In this document: piece by piece, positions 37,186 through 50,358 of the stretch
Position numbering within the stretch: position 1 is the first letter of the stretch
Layout: each line of letters starts with the position of its first letter
Assembly (NCBI RefSeq): GCF_018350175.1
Contig: NC_058383.1
Coordinates: 5,458,001-5,522,000 of the forward strand
Length of the DNA stretch: 64,000 bases
From: Felis catus
Taxonomy: Eukaryota
Direction: 5' to 3'
Program-made: the position numbers and the translations under genes
Notes under the pieces: model-generated
Database searches by the model: none
The model's input: only the letters and a program-made list of their open reading frames with translations
What the model was told of the DNA's origin: nothing

Positions 37186-39893
37186 CTTTTTAACTGTCTT
37201 GTTTTGCAGTGAAATTCTCCTTTCCTAGCATTAATGCCAACTCCCTGATGCTTTTTTCTTTTTCTTTTTCTTTTTTTTTCTGCCTTCTTGTCCCAGCATT
37301 GCAATCCAGGCAGATCAAACCCTCCACTGGACCCCACGGACAAAGACACCCATCCAGTCACAGGCAGCCGGGCAGCTGTGAGAGTCCATGCAGAAAAAAA
37401 CAAAAACAAACAAAAAAACCCCCATGCATTTGTAGGCTGCTTTTTGCTTTATTTTTTTAACCTCCTAGTGGAGATGTCACTTGTGACCTGCCACACTCTC
37501 CCCAGCTCTGTCCCTGTCGGGACCCGTGGCAGTGTCACCGCAAATGCCAACTTAGTAACCGGTCCCAATGGCTCAGCTCACAGCATCCGGTCGTTTGATT
37601 CATGCACAGTAACAACAGAACGGAGTGGACAGCTGTGCCCAGGCGCACGAGGAGACGCAGGGATAATGCGGAGGTTGTCCTTGGGTTGGAAGCCAGCTAA
37701 GCCTCTCAGGGATCTTAGAGTTCTGGCAAGAGAAGCAGGTACATCAAAGATGCCTCAGGGAGGAAGTCATCAGTGTGAAGCCAGGCAAGACCCGAGATTA
37801 GATCTGGTGACTAATGTGCCCAGGAGAAAGGAGCAACCGGGCTTGCGCGCCTGAGCTCAGATGGGGACCCAGAGCCCCAGCTGGCAGCTCCCTAGACCCG
37901 CCTCCGTGAGAGGGTTTCCTCCCAGCAGAGCACTTCTGGGGGATTCCCAGGCAAAGACTCCAGCAGCTGGAGTGTCTTTGCGTGGCGTTAAAATCACAGA
38001 GCTCAGAACAGGGTGGGATGGGGTTCTTTAGTTCAGAAGGCGCTCCCTTGTGAGTGAGGCCATGGGAGCAGATCCGGGCTGCTTGTCTCTGGGCCCTGAG
38101 CCACCTGCAGCGTGACGGGGGGCCAGAGCTCCGGGTGCCGGGACCAGGCGGCAGGGGCTGGGGGGGGGAGCAGGGGCTGTTGGTGATTTATAGAATTTGA
38201 TGTCCTATTTGAGTCCCTGGATTACAGGCTTAGAATTGCCACTTGAGCGTTCTCTCCCGGGAAGTCTGTCCCTGAAAATCCCACTAAGACAAACATTTGT
38301 CAGCCTCCAGGACACGAAGGGCAGGCAGGGAAGGGGGGTGTGCGGGAGCCTGCGCGCGATGCCTACCCGCTCAGTGTGTCATTTCTCCACCTGTGCCCAA
38401 AGTCCCAAGTTCTATTACATGAGAACACAGTGTTTGTCTAGAGCAGTAACACAAGTGTAATATTCTCCAGGTTCCTCCCAGCCGGGATGCAGCCGTGTCT
38501 CCCCCCCCCCCCACAGGTGCATGGTCAGCTCCAATCTGGGGTGATAAATGGATATTCTGGTTGATGGAGGGAGAAAAGCATCACAAATTTCATCTTTCAG
38601 AGTGTCAGGCTCACAGCTCTGTATCTCAGCCCGAGCTGCACACGCAGAATCTTTCTGATAAAAACGTGATGTGGGTTGCATGGTGGAATCCTCAAGACAG
38701 GCTTCTGAGAGAGGCACGACCATGACGCCCATCCTACAGACGGGTACCTCGAGTCCAGCTTGGAGACCCGGTTGTAAAAGGCAGAATGAGGACGGGAACC
38801 CCGGGTTTCAGAGCTCAAGTTCCAAGCTCAGTTCTTCGACAGCTTGGCTCGTACGTTGGTGACACGTTGCTATGTCTCCACATATCTGCGCCTATGGCAT
38901 TTCTCTGTTGTCAATTCCCTGCCCCCATCCTGTTCGTGTTGTCTCTGTCCGTCCTCTGCCCGTCTGCCTCTGTGCCCCACACAAAAGGCAGAAGCTGCTG
39001 GAAGGAAGGGCAGGTCTCTCCAGGGTCAGGAGGAGCACGTGAATGCCAGCGGGAGGGGGGGTGGCTCATGGCCTTGATAGCCGCCCTCACTCTCAGAAAG
39101 CACTTGGAAAAGCACTTGACATTGTTAATTGGTTATATTGATTGCCAAGTTATTCATTCCCATGAGGGAGGGGGTACTGCTAACTCCGTTTTACCCACAA
39201 GGAAACCAAAGCTCTGAGTGTTAGGTGCACTGGTCACACAGCTGTCAAGTCGGGGAGCTGGGGTCAGGGACGCAGCAGCCAGATCCCAGTCCCTGTTCCT
39301 CCCCTAAACCACGATCTCCCGCCTCCCACATCCCCTCTCATGGGCTAGTCCTCACAGCGAGCGATTCAGCGAGGTAGATGTCATTCACCCCATCTATGGA
39401 TGAGCCCACTGAGTCCTGCAGGGCTGGGGGAGGAGCAGGGAGTGGGTGGAACCCAGAGCCACTTCTTCCAACGGGAGGCAATCCTTGGAATTTCAGAGCG
39501 TCCTGGAGATCTCAAGAATTCTCACCATTTCTACTGGATCACGCTTATTCAGTTCCCATCCTATTCTGCAACTATCATTTCCTTCGCTGGTTTTTAATGG
39601 AGAGGCATAAATTTGATGAATTATTTTTTTTCCAGCATATACTCCCCAGATCAAGATGTGGAACACTTCCCTCGCCACAGAAACTCCCCTGGGGCCCCTT
39701 TTCGGTCTTTTACACAATTATTTTTAGCAGTTGCGACACCCAGCCTCTATTCTAATGGTACTTTACAATTGATAGATTTTCATTGACTAAAAGTTTAGAT
39801 TCTGAAGTCATGGCTTTTCAAACAGAGTATTTGCGGAGCCATAAGATTCTGTGAGTACATTCTCAGGGGTCCCGACCAAGACTCTTCTTTTGA

Positions 39894-40100
39894 GGGGAGC
39901 CTGGGTGGCTCAGTCGGCGGAGCGTCTGACTTCCTTAGGCTCAGGGCATGAGCTCAGGGTTCATGAGTTCAAACCCTGCATCCGGCTGGCTGCTGTCAGC
40001 ACGGAGCCTGCTTCGGATCCCTGTCCACCCCACCCCACCCCCCCCTTCTCTGCACTTCCCCTGCTCATGCTCTGTCTCTCAAAAAGAAACATTAAAAAAA
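39894..40100 (+). mobile_element. Can-SINE
   Basis: Head/body/tail. Confidence 0.9.
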
Positions 40101-40211
40101 ACCAAGAAGCAGGAGAAGACTCTCCCTTTAAAATGGTTCAAAGTGTACCACGGTTGGAGAACCGGGAGACCTGGATCCTCTCTGCCAACATACACAGCCA
40201 CTAGCCCACCG

Positions 40212-40400
40212 CAGGGTTTCTGCACCTCGGCACCGCTGACATTTCGGGAAAGATCATTCTTTATTGTGGAGGCCGTCCTGTGCCTTGTAGGATGTTTAAC
40301 TCTGCCTCCGCCCGCTAGACGCCCATAGCACCCCATCCCCCAAGTTGTGACAAGAACAAATGTCTCTAGACAGGACATCACCCCTGGTTGAGAAGCACGG
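40212..40400 (+). mobile_element. MER20-like hAT-Charlie relic
   Basis: cagggtttctgcacctcggcaccgctgacattt...gttgtgacaa...cccctggttgagaagcac. Confidence 0.85.
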
Positions 40401-41177
40401 TCCTGCTTAGACAGGCTTAGCTCTGGAGAAACTAAAGATCTTGTAATCAGACTGAGGGTTCCATAATGATAAATAACAACAACAACAATAATAATAATAA
40501 GGGAGGAGGAGGCTGGGTTTGGTGGGGCAGGCGGAGGAGAGGGTCCCAGGAGGAGAGGGTCCCAGCCTGCTCACTGAAAGCTCCCACCCTCGAGGAAGCC
40601 CTCTGTCTCCTTGTCAGTCGGGCCCCAGGCAGAGTGCAAAAAAGCCCTCCAGGAACAGCCTATAGGCACAAGGCGCCTTTTGGGAGCCAGGAGAGAGGCC
40701 CAGAGGTGCTGAGGGAGGCTTGGAAAACCAGGTCACCTGATCCTGGGCACCGTCCTCAAATCTCTGCACGAGCCACAGCTCCAGGGACCTTTAACCCTGG
40801 GTTTATCCTTTCTCCTCCCCGCCTCCCCCCACAACTAAAATATTGGAGAATTCTTACTTACCCTCTTCTTCAACGAGGCCATTCCTGTCCTGGTCTGGGC
40901 TTGCAAACGCTTTCCTGGTAACATTTTTCTGGATAAACCCACCTGGGAGGAGAAAGCTTTGTGGTTGAAACTGCCAGGTTCTGAGAGACACAGAGACCCC
41001 CCTAAAGGGTTTTTTTTTTTTTTCTCTTGTTTTTCACTGGCGATGTAGCCCCACCTAAATCAGTGCCTGAGGCCCTGATCCGCCTTCTGCCTGAAAGTTC
41101 CTTATAGATGAGTTACAGGTGTGTGTGCCCGAGGCTTGTGTTTATCAGGTGCAATTTACTTGACATTAACCATTTTA

Positions 41178-41400
41178 TTTTTTTTTATTTTTTTTAACGT
41201 TTATTTATTTTTGAGACAGAGTGAGACAGAGCATGAAGAGGGGAGGGGCAGAGAGAGAGAGGGAGACACAGAATCTGAAACAGGCTCCAGGCTCTGAGCT
41301 GTCAGCCCAGAGCCCAACGCGGGGCCCAAACTCACGGACCACGAGATCATGACCTGAGCCGAAGTCGGACGCTTAACCGACCGAGCCACCCAGGCGCCCC
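41178..41400 (-). mobile_element. Can-SINE
   Basis: Perfect 16-bp TSD gacattaaccatttta. Confidence 0.97.
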
Positions 41401-41586
41401 GACATTAACCATTTTAAAGTGAACAATTCTGCGGCATCAGGCGCTCGCAATGTTGTACAACCACCACCCACTGCCTCTATCTAGTTCCAAAACGTGTTCG
41501 TCACCCCAGAATGAACCCCAAACCGTTGCTCCCCAAGACATTGCTCCCGATAACCTCCCCCTGTTTGTCCTGTCAACCGTCGGGTC

Positions 41587-41930
41587 TCACAGCTCAGAGC
41601 CTGGAGCCTGCTTCAGATTCTGTGTCTCCATCTCTCTCTCTCTCTCTCTGCCTCCCCCCGTTTGTGCTCTGCCTCTCTCTCTCTCTCTCTCAAAAACAAA
41701 CATTAAAAAATTTAAAAAAATGGGGCGCCTGGGTGGCTCAGTCAGTTAAGCGTCCGACTTCGGCTCAGGTCATGATCTCGCGGTCCGTGAGTTCTAGCCC
41801 CGCATCGGGCTCTGTGCTGACAGCTCAGAGCCTGGAGCCTGCTTCATATTCTGTGTCTCCCTCTCTCTGCCCCTCCCCTGTTCATGCTCTGTCTCTCCCT
41901 GTCTCAAAAATAAATAAACGTTAAAAAAAA
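41587..41930 (+). mobile_element. Partial plus full Can-SINE in tandem
   Basis: 3' half 41587-41720, full copy 41722-41930. Confidence 0.92.
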
Positions 41931-42461
41931 ATTTTTTTTTAAATTTAAAAAACACACAGGGGTTTGAGTATCTGTTGTCAATTCTTTTGGTTGTATACCT
42001 AGAAGTGGAGTTGCTGAGTCATAGGGTAATTCTATGTTTAACTTTTTGAGGAGCTGCCATACTGTTTTCCACAGTGGTAGGGCCATGTTTCGTTTCCACC
42101 AGCAACGCATGAGGGTTCCTATTTCCATATCCTTGCCAACACCTGCTTCTTTGTTTGTTTGTTTGTTTGTTTGTTTGTTTGTTTGTTAAGTTATGGCCAT
42201 CCTAGTGGTGTCTGAAGGGATTTGGGGTTTTATTTATTTATTTATTTTTTAGCTTTAAGTAAACTCTATGCCCAATGTAGGGCTCGAACTCACAACCCTG
42301 AGATCAGGAGTCTCTACTGACTGACCCAGCCAAACACCCCGGGGTTTGAGGTTTTTATGGGATATATACGGCATATTTTAATTAAGGAAATCAACTAGCC
42401 TCTTCTAGAGAATTCAAAGCATCTGTGGTTAGAGGTGGTTATCACGAAGAGACTTAGAACT

Positions 42462-42669
42462 ATTTTTTTAATGTTTATTTTTGAGAGAGAGAGAGAGACA
42501 GGCACAAGTGGGGGAGGGGCAGAGAGAGAGGGAGACACAGAATCCAAAGCAGGATCCAGGCTCCAAGCTGTCGGCACAGAGCCTGACGCGGGGCTCAAAC
42601 CCATGAACCGCAAGATCATGACCCGAGCTTAAGTTGGATGCTTAATTGACTGCACCGCCCAGGCGCCCC
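42462..42669 (-). mobile_element. Can-SINE
   Basis: Reverse-complement SINE. Confidence 0.92.
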
Positions 42670-44030
42670 TCAAATAGACTTTTTAAATTTATATGCCACC
42701 TCCAGGCACGATGGGATGTTAGTGGCAACTTGAAGGAAGCAATACTTCGGATTTACAGACCTGGCCACAGATAGCAAAGGAATGTTCCTCCCACCGATTA
42801 TAAATTATTTCTAATTCACAAAGAGGCCTCAGTTAAAGATGTCAACATTAATAACAATAATGTCTAGAATTTATTGAGCGCTTGACCACACGTCAGATAC
42901 TGGGCATCTATCGTATGAAACGGCTTCCATTTTTTATCTTCCTTTTATAAATGAACTGCCTCAAGGTAAATGGCTATTAAATGGGCATTAAATGGCCATT
43001 TGGTATCCTGAAGTTGGTAAGTGGCCAAGCAGAAGCTGAATCTGGGAAGTCTGAGCCCAGGGACTGTGCACTTAACCCGTGACCCTGTGCTGTCTCTTGA
43101 GGCATTCTGTTCCCTTACATCCCGATGCTACAGGGAGAGCCGTGGTATCCATGCTGGCCTCAGTTTCCTTATGTGAAAGCAAGAGGATGGGACTGAGTGG
43201 TCCTCTCTGATGTCCCAGGACTCTCCCCATCTGGGGAAGAGATCAGAGCCCATCACCTCTGCAGCTGGAAAGAAGAAGGTTGATGTCTTTTGGGGAGACA
43301 GAGTCGGTCGTCACCATGGCTGGGCTAAGAAGTAACACACCAGAGTAAGTCTCTTTCCTGGAGTGCCCACTCTCCCTCTACTAACACTTGAAACCAAAAC
43401 CAAGCCTGAGAGGTTGGGATCTGTCCTCAGAAACAGGCACAGGAACGGGGGAGAAGGAGGTCCCCTGTTCTGGGCCTGTCTCTGTGCTGGCTCATCCACA
43501 CACATGGTCTGGGGACCGGAAATGCACTCTTGGTCACCATCCCAGGGGCTGATTGCACTGGGGGCCCTGCAGACTCTGAAGCCAGCCCGGCCCCAAGCCT
43601 GGAATCCGTAACTTCTGGCTGGCAACTGCACGCTCTGTCTAATCAGGAAAAGTGGATCCCTGGACCTTACTGCCTCCTCGCTGAGCTCATGCTTTGGTTT
43701 AGGTGTTAGGTTTGCAGTCACGGAGGATGGCAAAGAAAAGCCTTTTTGCCTTGTCATTGGGACTCTTTTCAAAGAAAGCCAGAAATAGCCATGCTGGGAA
43801 GGGGTTCTGTCCGGGAATGGCAGGGTCCCCCCCCCCAGGAGGAAGGTCTCAGTGTGGTCTTTTTGAGGGACTCAAAAGGACCTATCTAATTAGCACGTCA
43901 GAGAACTTACCAATCCCTCTGTACTTGGCTGGGGTAAGCTTTCTCTTTACCGTGAACAAGCACATACTCCAGAGAGGCAGAGTGATGTCGGCAGAAACCA
44001 ATAAAAATAGGTGACTTGTCCGGGGGGTGG

Positions 44031-44212
44031 GGGGTGCCTGGGTGGCTCAGTGGGTTAAGCATCTGACTTTGGCTCAGGTCATGATCTCACCACTTGTGAG
44101 TTTGATTCTGTGTCTTCCTCTCTCTCTGCCCCTCCCCCATGCATACTCTGTCTCTCTGTCTCTGTCTCTGTCTCTCTCTCAAAAACAAATACTAAAACAT
44201 TAAAAAAAATTT
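44031..44212 (+). mobile_element. Can-SINE with internal deletion
   Basis: Flanks aaaataggtgac. Confidence 0.9.
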
Positions 44213-44680
44213 AAAATAGGTGACAGGGGTGCCCCACCCCCTCTCTGGAACTACTTCAGACAAGTCTTACGTGCAATGTCTCAAATTTTCCTGTGGAGAA
44301 AGTATTATGTGTATTATTTGGGTAATTAAATTTTAATTTTTAAAAAGCCACTCTGTTGGAAACCACCACGGTTTTTCTCCTGCAGTGCTTGGAAACACCC
44401 TGATCTTTGTGTTATTCTGTTCTCAAATTCAGGTCTTCCTCCCCTGTTTGGTTTTCTCCATGAACATTATGCCTTTGAAATTCTCTTAGGTGTTGGTTTA
44501 CTTTTGGGGGAGGTCTGTCTCTCCACTTATCAGAATGCAACCATAATAGCATCCTGTAGACATTACTCTGCACCAGGCATCATTTTAAGTGCTTTGTATG
44601 TAAATTAAACCATGTAAATATCACAACAGACCCTCCCCCCGCCAGGAAGGAATATTCCATTAACATCCCCCATCTTAAAA

Positions 44681-44806
44681 GGGGGGCGTGGGTGGCTCTG
44701 TCAGTTAAGCCTCCAACTCTGGCTCAGGTCATGATCTTGTGGTCCATGGGCTCGAGCCCCACGTCCGGCTTTGTGCTGACAGCTCAGAGCCTGGAGCCTG
44801 CTTTGG

Positions 44807-44860
<54 letters not shown>

Positions 44861-44880
44861 ATAAATACATATTAAAAGAA
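44681..44880 (+). mobile_element. Can-SINE with expanded (TC)n
   Basis: About 23 TC units in the linker; flanks atccccatctta. Confidence 0.92.
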
Positions 44881-45304
44881 ATATATCCCCATCTTACAGA
44901 TGAGGACACTCTGCCCCACACAGGTGAGATGATCTGCCCGATGTCACGGGGCCAGGGGTTAAACTCAGTCACAGACTCTAGAGTCTGGCTCTTCACCACC
45001 AGCCATGATGTCATGGAAACCGGCTTGCTGGGCTTAAAGACACATCTCGGAACTTAGCGATCTTTCAGGGTGGACTTGATGACGGCCCGGGGAGCACGTG
45101 GTGCTGAGGAGAGAAGAGAGGCAGTTTGACCTGTGTGCGGGGTGCGTCCAGGTGCTCTGCTATCTGCTTGTCCCTAGGGTCTGTCCAAAAGAGGTTCGTG
45201 AGCCCTCCAGGAAAGGGCTGCTCCCAGGGGCTCCTGGGTACTCCTGGCCCCCGGGGGGTGCAGGAAGCAGGGTGTTGCCTCCTGTGGATTTCTCACTTTT
45301 TTAA

Positions 45305-45496
45305 ATGACTTTTTTAACGTCTGTTTATTTGTGAGAGAGAGAGCGAGCATGTAAGCAGGGGATAGGCAGAGAAGAGGGGGACAGAAGATCTGTGCCGACA
45401 GCACACCGCCCGATGTGGGGCTCGAGCTCACGAGCAGCGAGATCATGACCTGAGCCGAAGTGGACGCTTAACCGCCTGAGCCACCCAGGCGCCCCT
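45305..45496 (-). mobile_element. Can-SINE
   Basis: Flanks tggatttc(t/c)cactttt. Confidence 0.9.
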
Positions 45497-46206
45497 GGAT
45501 TTCCCACTTTTATCCACCCTAAACTGAGTCCATATAGCACGGACCCCAGCCCTGGCATCCACGTGGGCCAGTGTCAGATGGACCCTCCCAATGGCCACCT
45601 CTTGCTGTTTTTGTCTTGAGACAATGCATGTGACATTTGCACACGAAACAAGATAAATGGCTGAATCTGGGGAAGGTGCTTGGCCGGATCGAATTTCCTG
45701 CGATTTAAGCAGAACGTTTCTTTCAGCTTCTCAAGCCCAGGGCCAAGGACAAAGACAAGTGCTGGGCTGTGCCCTAGGACGCAGGGCGAGCCAAGCTGAC
45801 GAGCGGGGAGGCAGAAGGGAGGGAAGAGCTAGTGAAATGTGCTAACCTGTCCCTGCTGGGTGCAGACAGTGCCGCTGACAAGGCCCACCTGGCCAGCGTC
45901 TGGGGCAGAAAGCAATCCTGCCCCGCGGAGCTCGTTTTGTTTGGAGCAAAGGGACCGGAACACTGTTGACTCTGATGTTTGACCCAGGAAAAGAGGATGG
46001 GACTCCTCTGTTTTTTCCCTCCTTCTCAGAGAAAGGGTTCCTGTCTCCTGAGAAATCGGGGTCGCTGCCCCGGTCTGCCCCTGGAGCCACTCCCTGACTT
46101 TTGGGTTGGGAGATTTCCAGATTTCCTCCACATTTATGAAGGGAACCTTGTGCTTAATTTTTTTTTTTTTTTTTTTTTAGTTTGATAGCTTTTTGGCTTT
46201 GTTTTC

Positions 46207-46430
46207 TTTTTTTTTTTTAATTTTTTTTTAACGTTTATTTATTTTTGAGACAGAGAGAGACAGAGCATGAGCGGGGGAGGGTCAGAGAAAGGGAGACACA
46301 GAATCCGAAACAGGCTCCAGGCTCTGAGCTGTCAGCACAGAGCCCGACGCGGGGCTTGAACTCACGGACCGCGAGATCATGACCTGAGCCGAAGTCGGCC
46401 GCTTAACCGACTGAGCCACCCAGGCGTCCC
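46207..46430 (-). mobile_element. Can-SINE
   Basis: TSD tttggctttgttttc. Confidence 0.95.
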
Positions 46431-46459
46431 TTTGGCTTTGTTTTCAATTAAAAATTTTT

Positions 46460-46571
46460 TTTTATTTTTATATTGCCTTAAAACACACAGACTATAAAAT
46501 GTACCATCTTAACCATTTTTTTTTACATTTGTTTATGTATTTTGAGAGAGAGAGAGAAAGTGTGAGAGGGG

Positions 46572-46607
<36 letters not shown>

Positions 46608-48260
46608 CTCAAGCAGACTCCGTGCTGTTAGCACAGAGCCCGACTCAGGCCTTGTTCTCACAAACCTTGACATCACGACCTGAGCCAAACTCAAAAGTCA
46701 CCACTTAACCGAGGAGCCACCCAGGTGCCCCTTAATCATTTTTAAGAGCACAGTTCAGGGGCTCTCTCTCTCTTTCCCTTTCCCTCTGCCCCTCTCCCCA
46801 GCTCATGCACGTGCTCTCTCTGTAAAATAAAATTAAGGGGCGCCTGGGTGGCTCAGTCAGTTAAGCATCTGACTCTTGATTTCAGCTCAGGTCATGATCT
46901 TGCAGTTTATGAGATCGAGCCCCACATGGGGCTCTGTGCTGACAGTGCGGAGCCTGCTTGGGATTCTCTCTCTCACTCTCCCCGCTCCCCCACCCCATCC
47001 CCCATGCCACCAATGAATAAATAAACAAAAATAAAAGAGCACAGTTCAGGGGTATTAACCACACTCACACGGCTGTGTGGCCATCACCACTGTCCATCCC
47101 CATAACTCTTGGAAACCTGAAAAGCACCTGTTAAAATATATAACTCCCCAGTCTTCCCTCCCCTGAGCCCATACCAACCACCATCCATTCTTCTGTCCGT
47201 CTTTAGGATTCTGACTGCTCCAGGTACCTCATATAGGTGAAATAATACAACATTTGTTTTTTTGTGACTGCCCTTTTCACTTAGCATAATGCCCCCAAGG
47301 TCCCTCCTGCTGGAGCAGGTGCCAGGATGCCCTTCCCCTTTCAGGCTGAATAATAGCCCGTTGTATGGATAGGCCACACTCTGCTTACGGGTTAATTGGT
47401 GGATGGATGCTTGCCTTGCTTCCAGGCTATAGCCCTTGTGAATAGTGTTGCTATGAACACAGGTGCACAAATATGCGCCCGGGGCCCCTGCTTTCAATTT
47501 TTTTCAGTATATTCCTACAAGTAGAGTTCCTGGATCGTATGTGGCCATTCTATTTTCAATTTTTTGAGGAACCATCATACTGTTTTCCATAACGGCTGCA
47601 CCATTCCACATTCCCATGAACAGTGTACTAGAATTCTAATTTTTCCCCATCCTCGCCAACAGTTGTCATTTTCTGGTGTGTGTGTGTGTGTATGTGTGTG
47701 TGTGTGTGTGTGATTTAGTAGCCTTCCTAGTGGGTTGGACATAGCATCTCATTGTGGGTTTTTTGTTTATTATTTTTGAGAGAGACAGAGCACAAGTGAG
47801 GGGGGAGGGCAGAGAGAAAGGGAGACACAGAATCTAAAGCAGGCTCCAGGCTCTGAGCTGTCAGCACAGAGCCCGATGCGGGGCTCGAACTCACAAACTA
47901 TGAGATCATGACCTGAGCCGAAGTTGGACGCTTAACCGACTGAGCCACCCAGGCACCCCCTCATTGTGGTTTTGATTTGCATTTCCCTATGATTAGTGAC
48001 ATTGAGCATCGGTCATTTGTGTGTCTTCTTTGGAGTAGTGTCTGTTCATGTCCCTTGTCCATTTTTAATCGGATCGTTTGGGGGTTTGGCCCTTGTGGTT
48101 ACTGAGGTATAGGAGTTCTTTATGTATTCTGGATACTAACCCCTTATCAGATGAACGGTTTGCAAATATTTCCCTCCATTCCGTGGGTCGCCTTTTCACT
48201 CTGACGCACAGAAGTTTGTTTTAGTTTTGCGGTGGTCCGATGTATCTGTTTTTCCCTTCG
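46460..48260 (-). mobile_element. L1MB-like 3' fragment with nested SINEs (46521-46730 -, 46762-47034 +, 47758-47960 -) and (TG)n
   Basis: Old L1 3'UTR and ORF2-end motifs (ttttgaggaaccatcatactgttttcc; ctcattgtggttttgatttgcatttccct). Confidence 0.85.
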
Positions 48261-49894
48261 TTGTCTGTGGTCGTGCTTGATTTGTACAAAAACTGTTTTC
48301 TCGGAAACCACCGTGGTTATTCTCCCGCAGTGCTTTGCGAAGTTCTGCCACCTGTGTCACTGTGTTTTCCTAGGAAGGTCTTTCTTCCGAGTGATTCCCA
48401 CGGGTCTGCCTTCTGTCCATCCTGGGAGACAGAGTCGGTGGCCTGCACCAAAGGGACCGGTCCATATACACAAGCTTCCCCACTAAGGTGCCGGTTCGCC
48501 TGCAACCCCCCACACACACAGTGGCCCACAGGGATCCTGAAATCTCCCAGTTAATCGCTGTTCTGAGTTAGGACCCCCCCTTGGGGAAAGGCAGACTGTT
48601 CCTAGGACCACGGCTCTCGGACCCCCGTCAGGCACGAAGTCCTGGGAGGTGGGCTTCCCATGAATGCTGGGCATGATCTCAGCACTAAGACCAACCCCGG
48701 ACAGACGTTCAGCTCCCCCAATATCGCCCCAACCAGAGGCAGAGAAAGCTCCAGAAAAGGCCTCTTGATCCTTCTCTGCTGGCTCTCGCTTCTGCCTTCT
48801 GGGCTCACGGTTCTCCACATGCACATTCCCTCAGGGGGCCTTGAAAACCACTCTTTCTGGCCATTCTTTTCCATTTTGACACTTAATCATTTACTGCCAT
48901 AGACAGAATCTATTTTGAACTGCCTTTTTTTGTCTGCTTGCTTCATATATGTGGGTCTCCTGTGGGCTCCATGGCAGAGATGCTTCATCCCCTGGCTCGT
49001 TCTCAGAAACACAGCCAGCCACGTGGGGAGAACTGCTCTCAGGCACAGATGGCACCCGCAGTGGAGACGACAGCACTCTGGTTCCCTTCCACCTGCACCG
49101 TGGGACCAAGGCCAGCTTCCCAGCCCGCCTTCCAAATCAGAAAGAGCTGACCACAAAGTTCCTTTCAAAGCCACTTGCCTGCAGCCCTGGACCTTGAAAA
49201 CACATCCCACAGTTGTTTTCTGTTCCCTGGGCTGGGATTTTGGTGGCTTGTAGACTGGCGTCTCTTCAAATTCGGATTCTTATACACTACCACTTAGTGA
49301 TGCTGGTCTGTGGCCCGCTGATTTGGGGGTGGGGGTGGGAGTAGGGGCTTCCGGAGCAAAAGCCGTGTGTCTCTCTGGGTCGGGTCCTGAACTGCTGTGC
49401 GGGAGGGCAGGGGGCAGGATCTGGGAAGCTGGACTGTCATCCAGACTCAAGGGTATTTGCTGTATGGCCATCCACGAGGGCCCGCTGCACTTCAGGGGAC
49501 CCTGGGGTCTTGTCACTCCCCTACACTCTGCAATAACTATTTTAAACTCGGCCTCTGATTCCTGTTCCCTCCCACTCAGCCAGGGACCTCGCCTCCCACT
49601 TCACAGAGGTGGTAGAACCTTCAACCAGAAACTCCCAGTGCCCCTCCCCCAAACACACAGACTGCCTTCACCTGCCCCGCCCTCCGCTATATCTGCTCTG
49701 CTGAGTCTGCACCCCACCCAGGACTGCTCCCCACCCAGCCTTCTCCCCACCACTTTCCCTGTGTCCACAAGATCCTCCCCAAAACAAAATCCATAAAGCC
49801 CTCCCTGGGCCCCTCACCCCTTCTAGCTAACGCCAGCTTTCTGTCTTCCTTTTGTAGCCAAACTCCCCAAAAGATCTAAACTTACCTCCTCCCA

Positions 49895-50098
49895 GGGGCG
49901 CCTGGGTGGCTCAGTCGGTTAAGCCTCCGACTTCGGCTCAGGTCACGATCTCACGGTTCGTGAGTTCGAGCCCCGCGTCGGGCTCTGTGCTGCCAGCTAG
50001 GAGCCTGGAGCCTGTTTTGGATTCTGGGTCTCTCTGCCCCTCTTCCACTCATGCCATGTCTCTCTCTCTCTTTCTCAAAATAAATAAACAAACATTAA
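49895..50098 (+). mobile_element. Can-SINE
   Basis: Head/body/tail. Confidence 0.93.
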
Positions 50099-50358
50099 AC
50101 TTACTCCCTCCTATCTCCCACTCTCTGATGAGTCCCACTTTCTCAGCATCACTAGAGTCGGGGGCATCTCAGTCCCTTCTCACCTGTCCTCTTGGCCAGA
50201 GAGATGCCAGAAGGTTCTCTTTGCCCAGGTGGCAAAGTCGCCCCCGCCTCATTAGAGCTACTCTTCTGCATCTCCTTTGGAGGCTCTCTTCCTGCACCGG
50301 GCTGGGCACCGTCTTCGATATCCTCACACACCCCACCCCTGCCCCATGACACCGGTTA

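Noticed and set aside
43293..48439. Exact 16-mer gggagacagagtcggt at about 43293 and 48424
   Set aside because: No flanking similarity; one such match is plausible by chance in 64 kb
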